Source: Scyliorhinus canicula (taxonomy: Eukaryota). Taken from it: 64,000 nucleotides of DNA. Below, in pieces: positions 28,516-39,865 of this stretch. A program made the position numbers and the translations under genes. The notes below the pieces were generated by a model. It had not been told where the DNA came from. It was given only the letters and a program-made list of their open reading frames with translations, and did no database searches. The stretch spans positions 116,357,773-116,421,772 of the forward strand of contig NC_052152.1 of the NCBI RefSeq assembly GCF_902713615.1, given 5' to 3'. Numbering within the stretch: position 1 is the stretch's first letter; every line of letters begins with the position of its first letter.

Positions 28516-28889
28516 ATGAGGGGCCTAGATAAGGTCAACACCTTTTCCCAAAGGTGGGACAATCTAAAACTAGAGGGAATAGGTTTAAGGTGATAGGGGA
28601 GAGATACAAAAGGATCCAGAGGGCAATTTGTTCCACACAGAAGATGGTAAGTGCCTTGAATGAGCTGCCAGAGGCAGTAGAAGAGGCGGGTACAATTTTG
28701 TCTTTTAAGAAGCATTTAGACAGTTATTTGGGAAAGATGGTTATAGAAGACGATGGGCCAAATATGGGCAAGTGGGACTAGCTTAGTGGTAAAAGCTGGG
28801 AGGCATGGACAAGTTGGGCTGAAGATCCTGTTTCCATGCTGTAAACCTCTATGACTCTAACAGTTCTGTTGTAACTGGTTATGTTTCAG

Positions 28890-28973
28890 GTCATGTGAGA
28901 ATCTCTGACCTTGGACTCGCTGTGGAATTGGCCGATGATCAAACCAGGATCAAAGGTTATGCAGGAACTCCAG
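28890..28973 (+). CDS. GRK1: GRK1 coding exon 4 (DLG motif, activation segment)
   Basis: tttcag|GT...CCAG|gtgcac, 84 bp; [28 protein letters not shown]. Confidence 0.95.
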
Positions 28974-29007
28974 GTGCACACCATAATTCCTCTGCAGTGG
29001 GAATGCA

Positions 29008-29425
29008 GGAGAGCAGGGAGAGGGAGAGAGAGAGGGTGGAAGAGGAAGGGCAAGAGATGGAGGGGAGAGGGGGTAGTTGGACAAGAGGGAGACAGATGGT
29101 GAAGAGGAGAGGAGGAAGAGAGAGAGAGATGGAAGGAAAGAGAGAGAGAGAGAGAAGCGGAGAGAGATGGGGGAGAGATGGAGAGGGTGAGAGATCGGAT
29201 CAGGGGAGGAAAAGGGAGGGAGGGGAGAGAGGGAGTGGTAGAGACAGAGGGAAGGTGAGAGGGAGATGGAGAGGGAGGAGATGAAGGGAAAGAGGGAGAG
29301 CGCAGGGGAGCGAGATGAGGGAGGGTGGGAGACAGAAAGAGTGAGACATCATGAGAGCAGGAGAGAAAAGGAGAGAGAGCAGTAGGAAATAGAGAGAAAG
29401 GGAGAGTGAAGAGACAGGGAGGAGT
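29008..29425. repeat. Polypurine (GA-rich) low-complexity tract in GRK1 intron 4
   Basis: ~420 bp almost entirely G/A on the + strand. Confidence 0.9.
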
Positions 29426-29538
29426 GGTGTGGGGTTTGGTGTGTGTGGGTGCCACGTTTCCAGATCTTTCTGGGGTTTTTTTTGAGTTTCAGCAGTTTGA
29501 TTTCCATTGGGTAATGTTCCGTTATGTTTCAATTTCAG

Positions 29539-29663
29539 GTTTCATGGCACCAGAGTTGCTTAAAGGTTTGGAGTACGATTACTCTGTCGATTATTTTACA
29601 TTGGGAGTCACATTGTATGAGATGATTGCAGCCAAGGGGCCATTCAGATATCGGGGGGAACAT
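29539..29663 (+). CDS. GRK1: GRK1 coding exon 5 (APE motif)
   Basis: tttcag|GT...CAT|gtaagg, 125 bp; [41 protein letters not shown]. Confidence 0.96.
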
Positions 29664-29699
29664 GTAAGGACACTTTAAGATATTCTTTAGTTAACCCTG

Positions 29700-30344
29700 T
29701 GTCATGGGAGTGTCCCTTTAAGAAATGTTTTGTCTTATCACATGGTTTCAGTGATGCCATTGTGTGGGTGGAGCTGGGCTGTGGCTGTGAGGGTTTTACT
29801 TTCGCTTTGGTTTGGGGCTGTTTTGTGGCTCTGAGTGTTTTGCTTTCATTTTCGCATTTGGCTGCTGAACTCAGACAGAAGTCTTGTCCTTTCTCTCTCT
29901 GCATTTTAAAAGCTATTTCCAGATTACTTGATAACTTGAAAATAAATAATTGTTATCTGGAAGGAATTCAAACCTGCTGTTTTGGAAAGGACACAACAGC
30001 ATCTAAACCAGGTATTGAGTGCTGTGTGCTGGGCCACACCTTTGAAAGGGGTTTCCTGGTTTATGGGATCTTGTTATTAAATTGGAACAGCTAATGGGAT
30101 AAATTTATTAAGGGTTATATACAGAGTATTGTAACTATGTGGGGTATTTATGCTTGTAGTTGATAAAAATTCCTACTGAGTGTGTTTATAAAAATGTTTA
30201 CTAAATTCTTAAAATAAACGCTTCTGTTGGATAACACCTGAAAGGCAGGCTCTTGTGTTCCTCATAACCAAAATCAATAAACAGTTGTAGGTCAGGTGAA
30301 CTCCATGATATACTTTTGAGTTTTCTAAACCCTGGCCTATAACA
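29700..30344 (+). mobile_element. Solo LTR (645 bp)
   Basis: TGTCATGGG...CCTATAACA termini; 4-bp TSD CCTG (29696-29699, 30345-30348); internal AATAAA at 30213 and 30276. Confidence 0.85.
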
Positions 30345-30937
30345 CCTGCTACATAAAACCCTGTTACTTACAAACCTCCATTACCCACAACACGTTATAC
30401 AGAAATCCCCGTTTGCATAACCCCTATTCCACACATCCCGTAATACAGAAACTCCAGTTACACACAACCCTCATTATTTAGAAACTTCAATGTGTTCGTG
30501 ATTTGAATGCCACATTTCTGACTGCCTCTCCTGCCCCATAGCTGTTGACTCTCTTGTTGATCAAGAGTGTATCTAACTCAGCCTTGAATATCTTCAATGA
30601 CCCAACATCCACTGTTCTCAGAGGTAGAGAAATCCAAAGGTTGAATGACCCTCTGAGAGAAGAAATTCCTCCTCGTTTCTAACTGCCGTGATTTTAGTCC
30701 TTATTTCAAGAATAATCAGTACACAAGTAAACATTGCAACTGTCCTTTATTGCTTCAGCAATCGAACAAAAAGTATGGATCCTGTGATCCCATAATGCAC
30801 TGGTTTGCAAGTACAGTAAGACATACAACACATTCCTCCCCCTTCTCAGAAATGTCTGTTTAACAGAACATTTTCTGAATTGTGGAAATGGATAGACTGC
30901 CTTAAGGTTCACCTTAACTATTTAGTTCCATGGCATG

Positions 30938-31520
30938 AGCCGGGATTCTCCAAAATCCCGGCCAAGTGTTGACGCTGGCGTCAAACCGGCACGAGTGACG
31001 CCGGTGTCAATGGAGCTCCAGACCCAGGCATTCACCCCTTCCTCGGGGCTAGAACAGTGGCGGAGTGCTGTGCGAAAGCCGGCGTGCCACAGCCCGCGTA
31101 GGTCCGCGCGTGCGCTAGCCACGGCTGGCACGGGTCCGCGCATGCGCGTCACGGCCATCGCCGCACCGGCCCCCGGGCAATATGGCGGAGCCCTACAGGG
31201 GCATGACGCGGAGGAACGTAGGCCTCCCCCGGAATGAGCCCGCCAGCTGATCAGTTGCCTCCGATCGTGGGCCTGGCCATTATGGAACCCTGCCGGAGTT
31301 GGCTCCCCCTGCCCCCACGAGGTCGCCCCCGCAGCCAGAATGCCGTGGTTCCGCCGGGTAGGACCATACGCAAATGAAGCCGGCGGGACTCGCAGGAACT
31401 TGGCGGGCACTCGGCCCGTTGAGCCTGGAGAATCGCCGGGGTGGTGCTTTTAATGGCCCCCGACCGGCACTGCGGCGACCATGCCGCCGCGATTGCCGGT
31501 GATTCTCTGGTCGCCCGGCA
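30938..31520. mobile_element. GC/CpG-rich Harbinger-like MITE (right end degraded)
   Basis: Starts (G)AGCCGGGATTCTCC, similar to the other TIRs; GC-rich island within AT-rich intron. Confidence 0.55.
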
Positions 31521-32296
31521 TTGGAGCGGCGTGGCTGCTATAACACAGATGGTGCTATTCCCAACTCATGCTATCTCTTGCTCTGCCGAGTGCCTTTACA
31601 TTATAATATATGCAGGTACATATCGCATCTCCCTTTCTTTTCAAAAAAACTCCTTCCCTGTAACTATACAATTTTTTTAATTTCCTGTCCCTCCTTCCCC
31701 AACATCAAGTCTCTGACTTTATGAATTCAGACGGTCTCAAGTCTTGATGGTTCTTCTACACCTCGGCCATGTGGGAGAATGGTAGTAGTACTCTGTTCCT
31801 CTTTGTTAACAAGTTGTCCGTTTTTCCACAAACTGTGGGTTGCCCCATTCCTTCCCTGGGGAATGTGCACTACATTCATTCCTAGACTGGGATCTCGTTT
31901 TCTGTTTCCTTCGTGTCTGTCATGTTATTGTCGACCCGTACATTTGGCAAATGGAACCTTCACTTCAGCTTGTATCAACTTCAGCAAAATACTTGTTCGC
32001 TATTTGACTTTCAAACCTTTTTGCAAACACATGAATCTTTTCATTCAGCTTGCCTTTTCTATCTTCTAGTGGTTTGCGCTTCAGTGACAGGTTTACATTT
32101 TCCAACCTAATTTCTGGCCCTTCTTTTTCTGCCTGCTACAGATCTTTGTCCTTTCTTTTGGCTTCACTGTTGGCCAGGTCTGTCTCTCCAAGTGTTGATT
32201 TTTTACGGTTCAGTAATTCTCCTGCTGTGCTCTTTCTTGGATCTTTCATTGCCCTCCTTTTGGGTTCTTTTGTCGCCTCCTTCTGTTCCTTAATCT

Positions 32297-32663
32297 ATAG
32301 AATCAATACAGTGCAGAAGGAGGCCATTCGACCCAACGAGTCTGCAACGACCCTCCAAAAGGGCATCCCACCCAGGCCTACTCCCCTACCATATCCCCCT
32401 AACCCCACCTAACCTTTTGACACTAAGGAGCAATGTAGCATGGCCAATCCACCTAAACCAAAACCCATTGGACACTAAGGGGCAATTTAGCATGGCCAAA
32501 CCATGTAACCTGTACGTCTTCGGACTGTGGGAGGAAACTGGAGCACCTGGAGGAAACCCTTCGCAGACATGGGGAGAAAGTGCAAACTCCAAACAGTCAC
32601 CTGAGGTCGGAATTGAACCCAGGTCCCTGGCGCTGTGAGGCAGCAGTGCTATCCACTGCATCA
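32297..32663 (-). mobile_element. V-SINE, long form
   Basis: Head at 32600-32663, CR1-type tail near 32297. Confidence 0.8.
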
Positions 32664-32948
32664 CATTGGGGTAAACAAGGAAAAACTGTTTCCGATGTTG
32701 GATGGGTCAGAAAGCAATGCCACATGGGGAAACGTTAATTTTTACCACATAAGTTGCTGTGATTTGTAATGGGCAGCCTCAAAGATTGAATAATAGCTTT
32801 CTGAAGAGCATTGAATAAATACTGGAAGGGTAAAATATTACAGAGACATAGGGAAACACCACAGGAGTGGGAATCATTGGTACCTCTGTCAAAGATGGAT
32901 TATGTTGTAATATTGCACAATTATCTCGGTTTTCTGTCCTGTCACCAG

Positions 32949-33150
32949 GTTGAGAACAAGGAGGTGAAGCGGCGGATTTTGAATGACCCGGTGACTTATA
33001 GTGAAAAGTTCAGCGAGCCGAGCAAATTATTTTGTGAGGCCTTGCTGGAGAAAGATCCTGAAAAACGCCTTGGATTCAAGAATGACGGTTGCGATGAAAT
33101 AAAGGCCCATCCTTTCTTTAAGAATATTAACTGGAGAAAACTTGAAGCTG
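32949..33150 (+). CDS. GRK1: GRK1 coding exon 6
   Basis: caccag|GTT...GCTG|gtaaag, 202 bp; [68 protein letters not shown]. Confidence 0.96.
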
Positions 33151-34357
33151 GTAAAGTATAAAAATCAACTTCTTTAATTCTGCAATTTTGTGAGGCATTG
33201 GGATCACATTTTTGTGAGAGCCCTAGTCCAGAACTTCCTCCAATAATATTCCAAAATACGGTTCAGAATCTATCCTGTGAATGTCGGACTGTTTCGCATT
33301 CCCACCTTGACACCAGCCCACATTTGTGTTAACTGAGGCAAGAGCTGCCAAGGATACAATTTGCGTTTTCTTATTAAAGGCTCAAGAAATGAAGACAATT
33401 CAGAATGATGGTACAGCAAAGATGTCAGGAATGTGTGTGGGCGTATGGGTATATGGAACCAGACATCCCAGCTATGATAGTGGGAGAATGACTATATTGG
33501 ACTTTCTCAGTTTTGGCACTAGTTAATGAGCACTTTTCCGGGTCAAATGGATTGTGTATGTATGCATCTGAATTCAATGCCTACATCAGTGACGAGTGCT
33601 CCTTCTGGTTTTATCAGAATGCAAGAGCATTTCAGGGGGAGTTAAGTGTCAACCACATTGCTGTGGGTCTGTAGCCAGAAATAGCCCAGATTGGATAAGG
33701 ACGACGGATTTCTCTTCTTGGAGAATATTAGAACTCTAGAGCAATAGAAAACTTTTGGCGCAGAAAGAGGTGTTTATGTCTGTGCCAACTGAAAAGAAAC
33801 TAGCTGTACCATTCTAATCTTACCTTTCAGCTCCTGGTCCATAGGCTTACGGGCTCCAGCACCTCGAGTGCAGATCCAGGTACCCTTTCAATGAGTTGAG
33901 AATTTCTGCCTCAACCACCAATCCGAGCAGTGAATTCCAGATACCCACCACTCTCTGGGTGAAAAAACGTTTCCTAATTATTAAGAGCCCAAACATTCCT
34001 AATTCTTGGGTTCTTAATAAGTCCAAAGATGTGCAGGTTAGGTGGATTGGCCATATTAAATTGCCCCTTAGTGTCCAAAAGGATAGCTGAGGTTACGGGG
34101 ATAGGGTGGGGATGTGGGCCAAGGTAGGGTGCTCTTTCGGAGGGTCGGTGCAGACTCATTGGGTCGAATGACTTCTTTCTGAATTGTAGGGATTCTATGG
34201 TCCTATGATTCTAATATCCCCTCCGATCTGTCTGCCAATCACCTTTAAGCTGTACACTCTGGTAATTTACCCCTCCCCTAGCAGAAACAAACCTTTCCTG
34301 TTTATTCTATCTAATGGTACCAGAGTTTTTTTTTTTCCGAAAGCCAATTGCTTCCAG

Positions 34358-34540
34358 GGGCTCATTTAGCACAGGGCTAAATAGCTGGCTTTGAAAGTAG
34401 GCCAAGGCAGGCCAGTGGTGCAAGTTCGATTCCCATACCAGCCTCCCCGAACGGGCGCTGGAATGTGGCGACTCGGGGAGTTTCACAGTAACTTCATTTG
34501 AAGCCTATTTGTAACAATAAGCGATTTTCATTTCATTTTT
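34358..34540 (+). mobile_element. SINE family B copy
   Basis: Homologous to 3158-3335. Confidence 0.78.
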
Positions 34541-34809
34541 TCAATGGGCACTAGATGTGGGAAAGCTTTTTATTACAGATTTATTGAATTAACACACTCC
34601 ACAAATTCACAAGCTGCTGAGGTACGACAAGAGCTTCCATCTCTGGATTATTAATCCACAGGTTTTATTTTACTAGCCCAGTAAGCATAACTGCTAGGCT
34701 ACTGTACCTGGGCGGACCGGGGAAACCTTCACCTCAGCAGCCCTCGCCTTGTCTTCATTGGGGTTCAGTGTACACCCTGATCCGAACTCCCTCCTGGCTC
34801 AGGCAGCAA

Positions 34810-35020
34810 TTTTTTTTTTTTAATATAAATTTCGAGTACCCAATTCTTTTTTTCCCCATTTAAGGGACAATTTAGCGTGGCCAATCCACCTACCTTCACA
34901 TCTTTGGGTTGTGTGGGTGGGACCCACACAGACACGGGTGGAATGTGCAAACTTCTCACGGATAGTGACCTGCAGCCAGCATCTCAGAGCTGTGAGCTCA
35001 GGCAGCAGTGCTATCCACGT
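34810..35020 (-). mobile_element. Short V-SINE (degraded)
   Basis: Homologous to the short form. Confidence 0.72.
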
Positions 35021-35247
35021 ATTTCCTGGTCTATTCCACATCCTTGGGGAGCACAGCCCCCCGTCCCATCCTGAGAACAAAGCGGCAATTGCTGCCTGTC
35101 AAAGGTCATTGTGCAACCACCACTTTCCCGCCAGGTAAACGGGATGTAAATAGGAGTCAGCCAGGATTTTCCCGGAGTAACCACTACTTACTGGGCCTGA
35201 GCACAAATCTGGGCAGCGAGCGTCACGATGGTCAATCTTGTCCTAAA

Positions 35248-35710
35248 TGAAATAAAAACAAAAATTTAGAAAATGCTGGTGTGTGTGTGTGGGAGGGGGG
35301 GGGGGGGGGGGGGGGGGCGGCGGGAGAGCAGGGATGGATTTCAGCAGCTCTGGCATCATCTGAGGAGAGATAAACTGGGGGCTGGATTCTCCGCCCCGCC
35401 GCACCACATTTCCGTCCCAACCCGCCAGCGGGATTCTCCGTTACGCCGGCCGGTCAATGGGGTTTCCTATTGTTGGGGCAGGCCCATGCCGTCGGGAAAC
35501 CCCCGGGTGCTGGCAAAACGGAGAAACCTGCCCAGGGTCTGGAGGCATCTGTGGAGAGAGGAACAGAGTTTTTGAGTCCAATAGTCAAATCCATGGCCTT
35601 GAATCCTTAACTTTGTTTTTCTCTCCACAGATGCTGCAGACCTATTGAGGTTTTCCAGCATATTGTTTTTATTTCAGATTTCCAGCATCTGCAGTATTTT
35701 GCTTTTATTA
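35248..35710 (+). mobile_element. Older Penelope-like hairpin terminus with nested MITE
   Basis: Inverted arms GGCATCTGTGGAGAGA / TCTCTCCACAGATGCTGC and the same 3' terminus. Confidence 0.65.
35379..35533. mobile_element. 155-bp Harbinger-like mini-MITE
   Basis: TIRs GGGCTGGATTCTCC / GGAGAAACCTGCCC; nested in a Penelope-like hairpin. Confidence 0.7.
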
Positions 35711-36385
35711 CCTATATCTGTCTGTTAAATAGCAGCTGAAGTTATTAGATACAGCTCAGTGTCAAGATCCTAATGGATATATAGTTTGTAACACTCCTAT
35801 CGAGGTCAGATCATTGAGCACAAGATTCAGCCCTAGGCCTTAATTGAATGGGAATTGTTGGCAGGAAATGGCCTGGCATCACAATTGCAGACAATAAGGT
35901 TTGCAGCTGTGGTGTGGTGTTCTGTACAAGACGTTTAACAATATCCACATATAAATGTATTTTCATTGTATTTATATTGTGCACAGAATAAAGACACAAA
36001 GACATAAAGACACATTTATATAACATCTGAGAAATGTCTCAAGGTAACTCCCACAAATTGCTTTAGAATTGCAGTCCCTGTTGCTATGTGGGCTAAATCC
36101 CAGCAGCTAAATGTTACACAGCGAGCCTCCACAATAGCAGTTCCAATTGTTTCACTTGTTGGTGCTGGTTGAAGGGGCAGTGGACCAGAAAACTGGGAGG
36201 ACTCCCTCCAATGGAACTTAGGAATCTTCAGCGAGCCCAGACCAAAAGCTCTGGTAATCAGGGTAGCACTCTCTCAGAGTTGTACGGGACTCTCATTCGA
36301 AACGGGAAGTGTAAGATTTTCAACAGGAAAACCATGAGGTGTATTAATGTTGATCACTGTTGACTTTTTGCCTGGTCCCTTGCAG

Positions 36386-36681
36386 GTATACTCCTACCTC
36401 CTTTTACGCCAGACTCTAAAACAGTGTATGCAAAAGACATTCAAGATGTGGGCGCTTTCTCAACTGTGAAAGGCATTAACCTTGAAGACGCAGACAAAGT
36501 TTTTTTTGATGAATTTGCAACTGGTAACATCCCTATCCCGTGGCAAGAGGAGATGATCGAAACTGGCATCTTTGACGAGCTCAATGTGTGGGGGGTTAAT
36601 GGTGTATTACCAAATGATCTAAGGAGAGAATCCATTCTGGAGGCACCACCCTCCAAATCAGGAGTGTGTTCCATTTCTTAA
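36386..36681 (+). CDS. GRK1: GRK1 terminal coding exon 7 (AGC C-tail, autophosphorylation site, CaaX)
   Basis: ttgcag|GT..., 296 bp to TAA; [29 protein letters not shown]...[11 protein letters not shown]...SKSGVCSIS*. The six exons sum to 993 nt (331 codons including stop) with no frameshift. Confidence 0.96.
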
Positions 36682-37793
36682 ACGGGCAAATACATTGTTG
36701 CAGGTTCTACATTTTAAGGAATAGCGGGCTAAAATATACAAATTGAAGCATAAGTCAACAGATCCTGTTAAAAGTTTGACGTCTCTGTAATACTGTAGTG
36801 AGCCTCAGGCATTGTTTGTTAAATTGTCAGATCCTAATCCTAGTATTAGTTTAAACTAATCACTGGGCACACGGGCCAATCAGGAACATTGGCAAAATAT
36901 TGTGGCCCAATCCCAGCAGCCGTGATGGTCAATTTCATCCATTAATCCCATCTTGGCTTCTTTATTGCTCACTCCATGTTTCCTCTAAGGCTTGCTCTAA
37001 ACTGTGGGCCATCCTCTTTACCTCCCCCCAAGTCCTTTAACTTCATGCTCTCTATTGTGAGAATGAATCCCAGCAACATCACAAAGATCGTTACCAGAAT
37101 GCCAGTATGGGTGGTGGGTTTGGGGTGATATTTTCAGTCTCCGTTTTATCAAGGAACCTTATCATTCAAAGATTTCAAAAACAATCCTGTTGTACAAAAG
37201 ATAAGTTTTGACGGTAAATAGCCTGGCAACATTTTAATAGATTGTTTAAAATCTCTGCTTTACTTGGAAGAACAATGTTTTAATTAAAAGCCTCAATCTG
37301 GATTTAAAGCAGATAAATTAATACATTTTTTAAAAATTTAGGAATTCAGGAAGTGTTTTTTACACGCAAACCTGAAGTAATGTTGTATACAATCGTTTCA
37401 TTCCAAGAATTGCTTTGGGAAGCGATTACTACAGCTAGGGTTAGAGACAATGTGCATGATTAAATATATGTCTGAAGACTTTCCATATCTGTATCATTCT
37501 TGTAATCTTAGAGGTCTGAGGTTTGGAATTCTGGCTAATGTTATAGCCCGTATCTCACCGGCTCTCCTACATGTCTAGTGAGACTCCGATCTCGAGCCGA
37601 AATGGATTATCTTTGCCCTTGTTGGACGACAGTTGGCTGGAGGAATGAAAGACTGTCACAATCAGGGGAATCAAATTACTGAGATCAAATGGTAGTGGAT
37701 AATGCAAGATCATTCAATGTGGTCAGAGGGCAGTTGTAATTAGATAGATTACTTGCCCACTTATTAAGATTAATTTATTTGTTATAATGGATT

Positions 37794-37931
37794 AATAAAA
37801 TGTGGAGGGCATAATTAAAACCAAATACAATAGGAAGGCATTGAATTCTAAAGCACTGTAAATCTTTTGTATTTCTATGGAAGACAGAGAGTGATGTGTC
37901 TATGTTAAAAGGACTTCTGACCTTCAATAAA
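37794..37931 (+). terminator. Candidate GRK1 polyadenylation signals
   Basis: AATAAA at 37794-37799 and 37926-37931, ~1.1-1.25 kb after the stop codon and before repeat-rich sequence resumes. Confidence 0.45.
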
Positions 37932-39099
37932 AGCTATTCTGCATGGACCAATTGTATATTATATTTCAAAGAGTAGAACTTAAAGATTGTCGAAAATTCA
38001 CCGTCGTTACTCTATTCAAAACTGATAGAAGCTGCAGGAATCTTCAGGCTAGTTCAATGGCAGGTGCTCCATTTGGTTTTATTCCTTTTCAACCTTTTGG
38101 TGGGAGTTTAGTCGAGTTGCGTGACTTGCTGGGCCATTGCGGAGGACAGTTCAAACTCACCCATATTGCTGTGTATCTGCAGTCACATGTAGGCCAGACC
38201 GGGTATGGACAGCATATTTCATACCCTGAAGATTAGCGAACCAGGTGGGTTATGACAATCTGGTAGTTTCTGGCCATTTTAACTGAGAAGATAGCTTTTT
38301 ATCCTCGGTTTATTAATTTATTGCTTGAATTCAAATCCCACCAGTCGCCATGGTGAGGTAAACTGGTGTCTCCTTGCCCCATATCTTACTTGTCCAGGAA
38401 CAGTACCATTATGCGACCATCGCCACACATTCACATCATGCAAGGTTAAATGGGATCATATTTGGAGCGGGAGAGTACTGTATAGTTCTGGCCCACATAT
38501 TATGAAAAGAGGCACCAGAGAAGGTGCAAAATATATATATTTACTAGAATACCAGAACTGAGATTATACCCATCAGGAATGACTGAATACTTTGGAACTC
38601 ACTTCTCCTGTAAAGACTTGGAGTGACCCATTGGAGGTTAACATTATGAAGGGTTTCATGAGGTACATGTAGAAATGTTTCATTGTGCAAGTGCAAAAGT
38701 AGGGGCCACAAATTCAAGGTAGTCACTAATGAATCCAATGAGGAAAACAGGTGTTTTCCCCAACGTGATTAGAATGTGGAACTTGCCACAACATGGAATG
38801 GTTGAGACAATTAGCCTAAAATGAGACAATAATCAGGGGGCATAGATTTAAAGTAATTGGCAGAAGGGAACAAGAGGGGGTAGGGGTGGAGGGCACTTAT
38901 TCACTCAGAGGCCAGGAATAAACTGCCTGGCGAGTGGTAGAGGCAAAAATCATCCTACCTGGAAACATTGTGACCTAGTTAGAAAGTGGGATTAAGAGGT
39001 CATCAAGAGAATGTGTACACCATCATCCATTTTTAATGTTTCTATTTGTTTAAAGAGAAGCTGGGTAAACACACAAGGGAGAATGGGCTGTTAGAACTA

Positions 39100-39327
39100 G
39101 TGGGTGGCACAGTGGTTAATACTGCATCCTCAGCGCCAGGGTCCCGGGTTTGATTCCGGCCTGGGGAGATTGTGTGGTGTCTGAATGTTCTCTCCATGTC
39201 TGCGTGGGTTTCCCCTCTCAGTCCAATTGTGCAGGTTAGGTGGGCTTCGGGGATAAAGCAGTGGAGTGGGCCTAGGCAGGGTGCTCATTAAATGATGATG
39301 GTGCAGACCCAATGGGCAGAGTGGCCT
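39100..39327 (+). mobile_element. Degraded V-SINE ending in captured LAMP1 sequence
   Basis: Head GGTGGCACAGTGGTTAA; tail breaks at GGCCT. Confidence 0.75.
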
Positions 39328-39596
39328 ACTACCAGCAAGTTTTATCTGAAGGCGTTTTATTTTTTTTAAAAACCATGAAGACAGCTCTCGTAGAGCATGA
39401 ATAGTTGAGCCAAAGAGGCCTGTTTGGGTGTGGCATATTCTATGTAATTCTGGGCTATATTCTCAAGCAATGATAGATTTCAAGGATAAAGGCACAGAGA
39501 CAAACAAGTTTAGCCATAAGAAATCAGGTACAAGCAAAGTGGTACAAAGTATCTATGAATCAAACAGATGACTGGTCATTTCATCTTTCTCAATAC

Positions 39597-39865
39597 ATTG
39601 TTGCTTCACAGCTCCAGAGTCCCAGGTTCGATTCCCGGCTTGGGTCACTGTCTGTGCAAAGTCTGCACGTTCTCTCCATGTGTGCGTTTCCTCCAGCTGC
39701 TCCGGTTTCCTACCACAGTCCAAAGATGTGCAGGTTAGGTGGATTGGCTAAATTGGCCTTAGGTAGAGTTACAGGGATAATGTGGGATTGGGCCGAGGTA
39801 GGGTGTTCTTTCAGAGGGCCGGTCCGGTGCAGACCCAATGGCCTCCTGTACTGTACGGATCCTAT
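39597..39865 (+). mobile_element. V-SINE, long form (5' truncated)
   Basis: Central domain and tail. Confidence 0.78.

Larger units (their letters stand above)
26070..28860 (+). mobile_element. CR1 LINE 3' half split by a solo LTR, a MITE and a SINE
   Basis: PQGSVLGP, SKFADDTKIGG, LYKTLVRPYLEYCIQFW and TRGNRFKV segments in order, separated by TSD-bounded inserts. Confidence 0.85.

Noticed and set aside
28886-29532. Antisense Ser/Pro/Leu-rich ORFs
   Set aside because: Products of the polypurine/polypyrimidine tract
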